Part shown: positions 60,239-64,000 of the stretch, one piece after another
Layout: each line of letters begins with the position of its first letter
Position numbering within the stretch: the first letter of the stretch is position 1
DNA from: an uncultured Gammaproteobacteria bacterium
GTDB taxonomy: Bacteria; Patescibacteriota; Patescibacteriia; SG8-24
Length of the DNA stretch: 64,000 nucleotides
NCBI GenBank assembly: GCA_964407925.1
Contig: CAYOXM010000003.1
Coordinates: 5,023-69,022, forward strand
Direction of reading: 5' to 3'
Position numbers and translations under genes: made by a program
The notes under the pieces: model-generated
The model's database searches: none
The model's input: only the letters and a program-made list of their open reading frames with translations
What the model was told of the DNA's origin: nothing

Positions 60239-60267
60239 AAAATAGCACGCGTCACGAACGCGGTCAA
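60239..60267 (-). promoter_or_regulatory. putative sigma70 promoter of the E2-E1-Ubl operon
   Basis: Minus strand TTGACC-17 nt-(TGC)TATTTT, just downstream of the terminator of the EEP gene at 60282-60307. Confidence 0.5.
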
Positions 60268-60315
60268 CTGCGTGCATGACGAAAAAACCGGCCCCGAAGG
60301 GGGCCGGCCGCGGCG

Positions 60316-61524
60316 TCAGCGGTACGAAAGCCGCACGCGGATGCCATAGTGGTCGGACAGGTACGTGGTCGCGGAATTGCCCGCGGCGTCCGTGACGACG
60401 ATCGTCCGGTCGAAGAGGCGCTGCGTTTCGCACGCGACGACGCGGGGACCGGTCGGCGGGTTGCGCAGCAGCACGTGATCGATGAACTGGTTCATGCGGT
60501 TGTCGCGGAGAGCATTCTCCGCGCAGACGCTGCACATCGGCGGTTCGACGAACGCCGCGGGGCTTTCGAAGCCGAGACGGTTCGCGAGGAGCCAGACGTC
60601 GCGCGACATCGCGACGATATCGGGACCGTGCTCCTGGCCGAAGTTCATGTCGCCGAGAAAAACGACGGGACGTCCCGCGGAACGGAGCGCGAGGCGTTCC
60701 GACGCGAGCGCGATCTGTGCCGCCTGCTCCTCCTCCCAGGTCGCGTAGCCGGTATGCATCGGCGGGACGCGCTGGGGCGACGAGAGGTGAGTGCATGCGA
60801 CTTCGACGGGAGGACGACCGGGCACGTCCATCGACGCGATGAGCACGGGACGGTTCGCGCCGCTCGAGGGCAGCGCGAGCGTCTCGCGGTCATGGAGCGG
60901 GAACCGCGACAGCAGGATGAGGCCGTTCTGCCCGCCGTAGACGCGCGACGCGTGCCTCCCCTCGGTGCATGACGCCATGATGGCGTCGAGCGGCTTGCCG
61001 ACGCCGGCGGCAAGGCAGTTGAGGCACTGCTTATGGCGGAGGTACAGCCCGAGCAGGTCGGAACCGCATTCCGCCATGGCGCAGAGCGTCGCGTCCTCGC
61101 CGGCGTCCGCGCACTTCTGGCGCGAACATTCGGCGAGCGATCCGAGATCGTCCGCGTCGCAAGCGTCGGCCGGATCCTCCCCCGTCCCGGACGTATCCGA
61201 GAAGAAGGCATGCGGCAGGCGCGGCGCGAGCGCGTCGACGATGCGGCGCTTGTCCTCGGCGAGCCACGCTTCCTCGATGCAGACGACGTCGGCGTCGAGA
61301 TCGCGAAGCGCCTCAGCGACGGGCACGGCGCGCGGCGTGGCGAGGCGGTTCATGCCGGGGGCGAGCGCGACGTTCCACGTGACGGCGTTGAACGACGGGC
61401 TGGTCTCGCAGGTTCCCTCGGGCGGGGGCGGGGGCGGCGGAATCGGCGGCGGGGGCGGCGGCCGCATGTCGCTCGTGACGAGCAGTGCCGCGGCGAGCGC
61501 CAGCGCTACGATTTTCTTGTCCAT
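60316..61524 (-). CDS. secreted endonuclease/exonuclease/phosphatase (EEP) protein with a Cys-rich insert
   Basis: TWNV, CIEEAW, CTHL, GDMN, IDHV and SDHYG motifs; signal sequence and poly-Pro linker. Confidence 0.85.
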   Translation of the reverse strand: MDKKIVALALAAALLVTSDMRPPPPPPIPPPPPPPEGTCETSPSFNAVTWNVALAPGMNRLATPRAVPVAEALRDLDADVVCIEEAWLAEDKRRIVDALAPRLPHAFFSDTSGTGEDPADACDADDLGSLAECSRQKCADAGEDATLCAMAECGSDLLGLYLRHKQCLNCLAAGVGKPLDAIMASCTEGRHASRVYGGQNGLILLSRFPLHDRETLALPSSGANRPVLIASMDVPGRPPVEVACTHLSSPQRVPPMHTGYATWEEEQAAQIALASERLALRSAGRPVVFLGDMNFGQEHGPDIVAMSRDVWLLANRLGFESPAAFVEPPMCSVCAENALRDNRMNQFIDHVLLRNPPTGPRVVACETQRLFDRTIVVTDAAGNSATTYLSDHYGIRVRLSYR

Positions 61525-61616
61525 CGGTCCCTCCGTCGCAATGCGAAAAAAAAGGGCTTTCCTGATGGTAACCCACGCTCGGGCAAAAGAAAAAGGCGCG
61601 GAAAACCGCGCCTGAG

Positions 61617-62843
61617 TCAAGGTACTTTGAGCCGGAATTTCACTCGGGTCCCGTAGTGGTCGGAAAGGTCGGTGAGTACCGTGCCGCCCGAGTACCCGAT
61701 GACGTTCACCGGGGCGTCGAACATCCGGTCCGCGCAGGCGGGAACGAGGTCCGTTCCGCCGACGGGGTCGCGCACGAGCACGTGGTCGATGAGGTTGCCC
61801 GCGCCGCCGGGCTTTCCGCGCAACGTGTTCTCGCCGCAGATGGTGCACCACGGCGACGGAATCGACGCCGCGGGACTGACGTATCCGTACTTCATCACGT
61901 CGCCCCAGACGGCGGGAGCCTCGGCATCGAGCGTGCCGACCTTCGGGCCCGTGTTGACGTCGCCGATGAGGAGCGTGGGACGCGTCCCCGCGCGCAGCCG
62001 CAGCCGATCGTCGATCATCTTCAGCTGAGCGCGCTGTTCCTCGATCCACGTCGCGTAGCCGGAGTGCGCGGGAGGAATCTGCGCGTCCGACGACAGGTGG
62101 GTGCAGGCCAGCTCGACCGGTTCGGTCGCGCCGGGCACCGCAATGCGCGCGAGGAGCGCCACGCGGTTCGCGCCGCTCGCCGGAAGATTGATCACTTCGC
62201 GGTCGATGAGCGGCCAGCGCGACGCCAGGATGACGCCGTTCCTGCCGCCCTGGATGCGCGACGCGCCGCCGTGCGTGCAGACGTCGGCGATGGCGAGCGA
62301 GGACTTCCCCGCCATGGCGGCGAGGCAGTTCACGCAGTTCTTGCCGTTCATGTAGACGGCGGCGAGCTCGAACGCGCACTTGTCCATCGCGCAGAGCGTC
62401 AGGCTCTCCGACGGCACGCCCTTGCACTGCGTGTCCGTGCAGGACAGCAGGAAGTCGACTTGGCTGCCGGAACAGGTATCCGTCCCGGTCTCGCCGAGCC
62501 CGGCGGTCTCCGTGACGAACACGTTCTGCGGGGGCAGGCCGAGCGCGGCGACGATCGCGTCCTGGTCGCGCTTGACCCATGCTTCCTGCAGACAGAGGAC
62601 GTCGTACTGCGTGCGTCCGAGCGCGGCCGCGACTTGCGGCGCACGCGGCGACGAGTACTCGATCATCCCCGGGCCGAGCCCGGTATTGAACGTGACCGCC
62701 GTGAGCGCGGCGTCGGTTCGGTCGCACGTCTGGCCGACCGTACCTTCGGGAACGAGCGGCTTCGGACCGTCGGCGCAAGAGGCGCCGATGAACAGGGTCG
62801 AAATGACGATGACAGCCATCGTCCACAGGAAGGAGTGCTTCAC
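61617..62843 (-). CDS. EEP-family lipoprotein, tandem paralog
   Basis: IGASC lipobox; TFNT, CLQEAW, CTHL, GDVN, IDHV and SDHYG motifs; GGAGG SD before GTG. Confidence 0.85.
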   Translation of the reverse strand: MKHSFLWTMAVIVISTLFIGASCADGPKPLVPEGTVGQTCDRTDAALTAVTFNTGLGPGMIEYSSPRAPQVAAALGRTQYDVLCLQEAWVKRDQDAIVAALGLPPQNVFVTETAGLGETGTDTCSGSQVDFLLSCTDTQCKGVPSESLTLCAMDKCAFELAAVYMNGKNCVNCLAAMAGKSSLAIADVCTHGGASRIQGGRNGVILASRWPLIDREVINLPASGANRVALLARIAVPGATEPVELACTHLSSDAQIPPAHSGYATWIEEQRAQLKMIDDRLRLRAGTRPTLLIGDVNTGPKVGTLDAEAPAVWGDVMKYGYVSPAASIPSPWCTICGENTLRGKPGGAGNLIDHVLVRDPVGGTDLVPACADRMFDAPVNVIGYSGGTVLTDLSDHYGTRVKFRLKVP

Positions 62844-62968
62844 GCCAACCTCCGTCGCATGAGACAGGGAACAAAAAAGGACTTTAACCGATGGTAGCCG
62901 ACGCCTGCGCAAAAGCAAACCTGCGGAGACGCGACGAAAAAAAACGAGGCCTTGCGGGCCCCGCTCGG

Positions 62969-64000
62969 TCAGGCGACCCTGACCGTCTTGACGTTCACGA
63001 ATTCCTTCTGCCCGTAGTGCGACAGCTCGCGGCCGAAACCGGACTTGCCGACGCCGCCGAACGGCAGCATCACGTCCGATTTCACCATCGAGTTCACGCC
63101 GACGAAACCGGCGTTCAGCTTCGCCGCGATCCGCTTGGCTCGGGCGACGTCGGCGGTCCAGACGGACGCGCCGAGGCCGAACTCGGTGTCGTTCGCGACG
63201 AACAGCGCTTCCGCCTCGTCCGCCACCTCGATGATCGCCGCGACCGGGCCGAACGTCTCCTCGTCGTAGGCCGGCATCCCCTTTTTCACGCCGGTAAGGA
63301 TGGTCGGCTCGTAGAACCAGCCCGGACCGTCGCCGCGCCTGCCGCCCGCGACGATCTTCGCGCCCTTGGCGACGGACTCGTCGACCTGCCGTTCGATGTC
63401 CTTGCGGCCGTTCTCGGTCGCGAGCGGGCCCATCGTCGTCTTCTCGTCGAGCGGGTCGCCCATGATAACGGTATCGAACCCCTCGCGGAGGAGAGCGACG
63501 AACCGGTCATGGACGGCGCGAACGACGACGAAGCGCTTCGCCGCTATGCAGCTCTGACCGGCGTTCTGGAGGCGCGCCTCGACGGCGACTTTCGCGCACG
63601 CTTCGAGATCGGCGTCCTCGAGCACGATGAACGGGTCGCTGCCGCCGAGCTCGAGCACGACCGGCTTGATCTCCTCGCCGCAGATGCGGGCGACGGACGC
63701 GCCGGCCTTTTCGCTGCCGGTGAGCGTCGCGGCCTTCACGCGCCTGTCGCGGAGCACGGCCTCGACGTCGGCCGCGGGAATCGCGAGATTCTGGAAGCAC
63801 CCGTTCGGGAACCCCGCGGAGCGGAACATTTCCTCGAGCGCGATGGCGCATCCCTGCACGTTGGACGCGTGCTTGAGCAGGCCGACGTTTCCCGCCATGA
63901 GCGCGGGCGCGGCGAAACGCATCACCTGCCAATACGCGAAATTCCACGGCATCACGGCGACGACGATGCCGAGCGGGTCGAAGCGGACGAACGCCTCGCT
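62969..64000 (-). CDS. NAD(P)-dependent succinate-semialdehyde dehydrogenase (GabD1/Sad-like), 5' end outside the window
   Basis: MPWNF, LKHASN, TLTGS, LELGGSDP, NAGQSCIAAKR, EETFGP and PFGG...SG.GREL motifs. Confidence 0.9.
   Translation of the reverse strand, partial: SEAFVRFDPLGIVVAVMPWNFAYWQVMRFAAPALMAGNVGLLKHASNVQGCAIALEEMFRSAGFPNGCFQNLAIPAADVEAVLRDRRVKAATLTGSEKAGASVARICGEEIKPVVLELGGSDPFIVLEDADLEACAKVAVEARLQNAGQSCIAAKRFVVVRAVHDRFVALLREGFDTVIMGDPLDEKTTMGPLATENGRKDIERQVDESVAKGAKIVAGGRRGDGPGWFYEPTILTGVKKGMPAYDEETFGPVAAIIEVADEAEALFVANDTEFGLGASVWTADVARAKRIAAKLNAGFVGVNSMVKSDVMLPFGGVGKSGFGRELSHYGQKEFVNVKTVRVA

Noticed and set aside
57981-60248. 755-aa ORF suggesting a long N-terminal fusion to ThiF
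   Set aside because: The upstream part is Arg/Gly-rich shadow sequence overlapping the real E2-like gene in another frame. ThiF has its own SD and ATG at 58637.
60316-62874. 852-aa ORF spanning both EEP genes
   Set aside because: The N-terminal half is off-frame shadow of the upstream paralog; the real start is at 61524 with an SD.

Overview
GC-rich (~two-thirds G+C by eye) bacterial chromosome segment. The gene set (DUF5671 pair, ATP-cone/restriction-endonuclease fusion, stand-alone RNase H-like exonuclease, VKOR/CcdA/DipZ cluster, many apparently leaderless genes) suggests a Patescibacteria/CPR genome, possibly Ca. Uhrbacteria; this is inference. Housekeeping genes include murF, ftsI-like PBP, rarA, htrA, nrdJ+cobO, cca, zur-znuACB, ribA, mscL, tRNA-Glu and tRNA-Pro. 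They are interspersed with many monocistronic orphan genes, each with its own promoter, SD and terminator. The most notable feature is a self-contained three-gene ubiquitin-like conjugation operon at 57701-60175 (large coiled-coil/E2-like protein, ThiF-type E1, beta-grasp Ubl ending in Gly-Ser) with no JAB peptidase or E3. Also notable: a complete threonine biosynthesis operon with a Thr-only leader peptide and attenuator; a structured ~200-bp element bounded by a duplicated tRNA-Pro 3' end; an IscU with a zinc-ribbon insertion next to a degenerate IscU paralog; and several unexplained structured intergenic elements (DnaA-box-capped palindromes, a perfect 34-bp AT-rich palindrome, an SD-sequestering RNA between nrdJ and cobO). 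No transposase, integrase, reverse transcriptase, CRISPR array or rRNA was seen. All family calls come from motif recognition by eye, not database searches.
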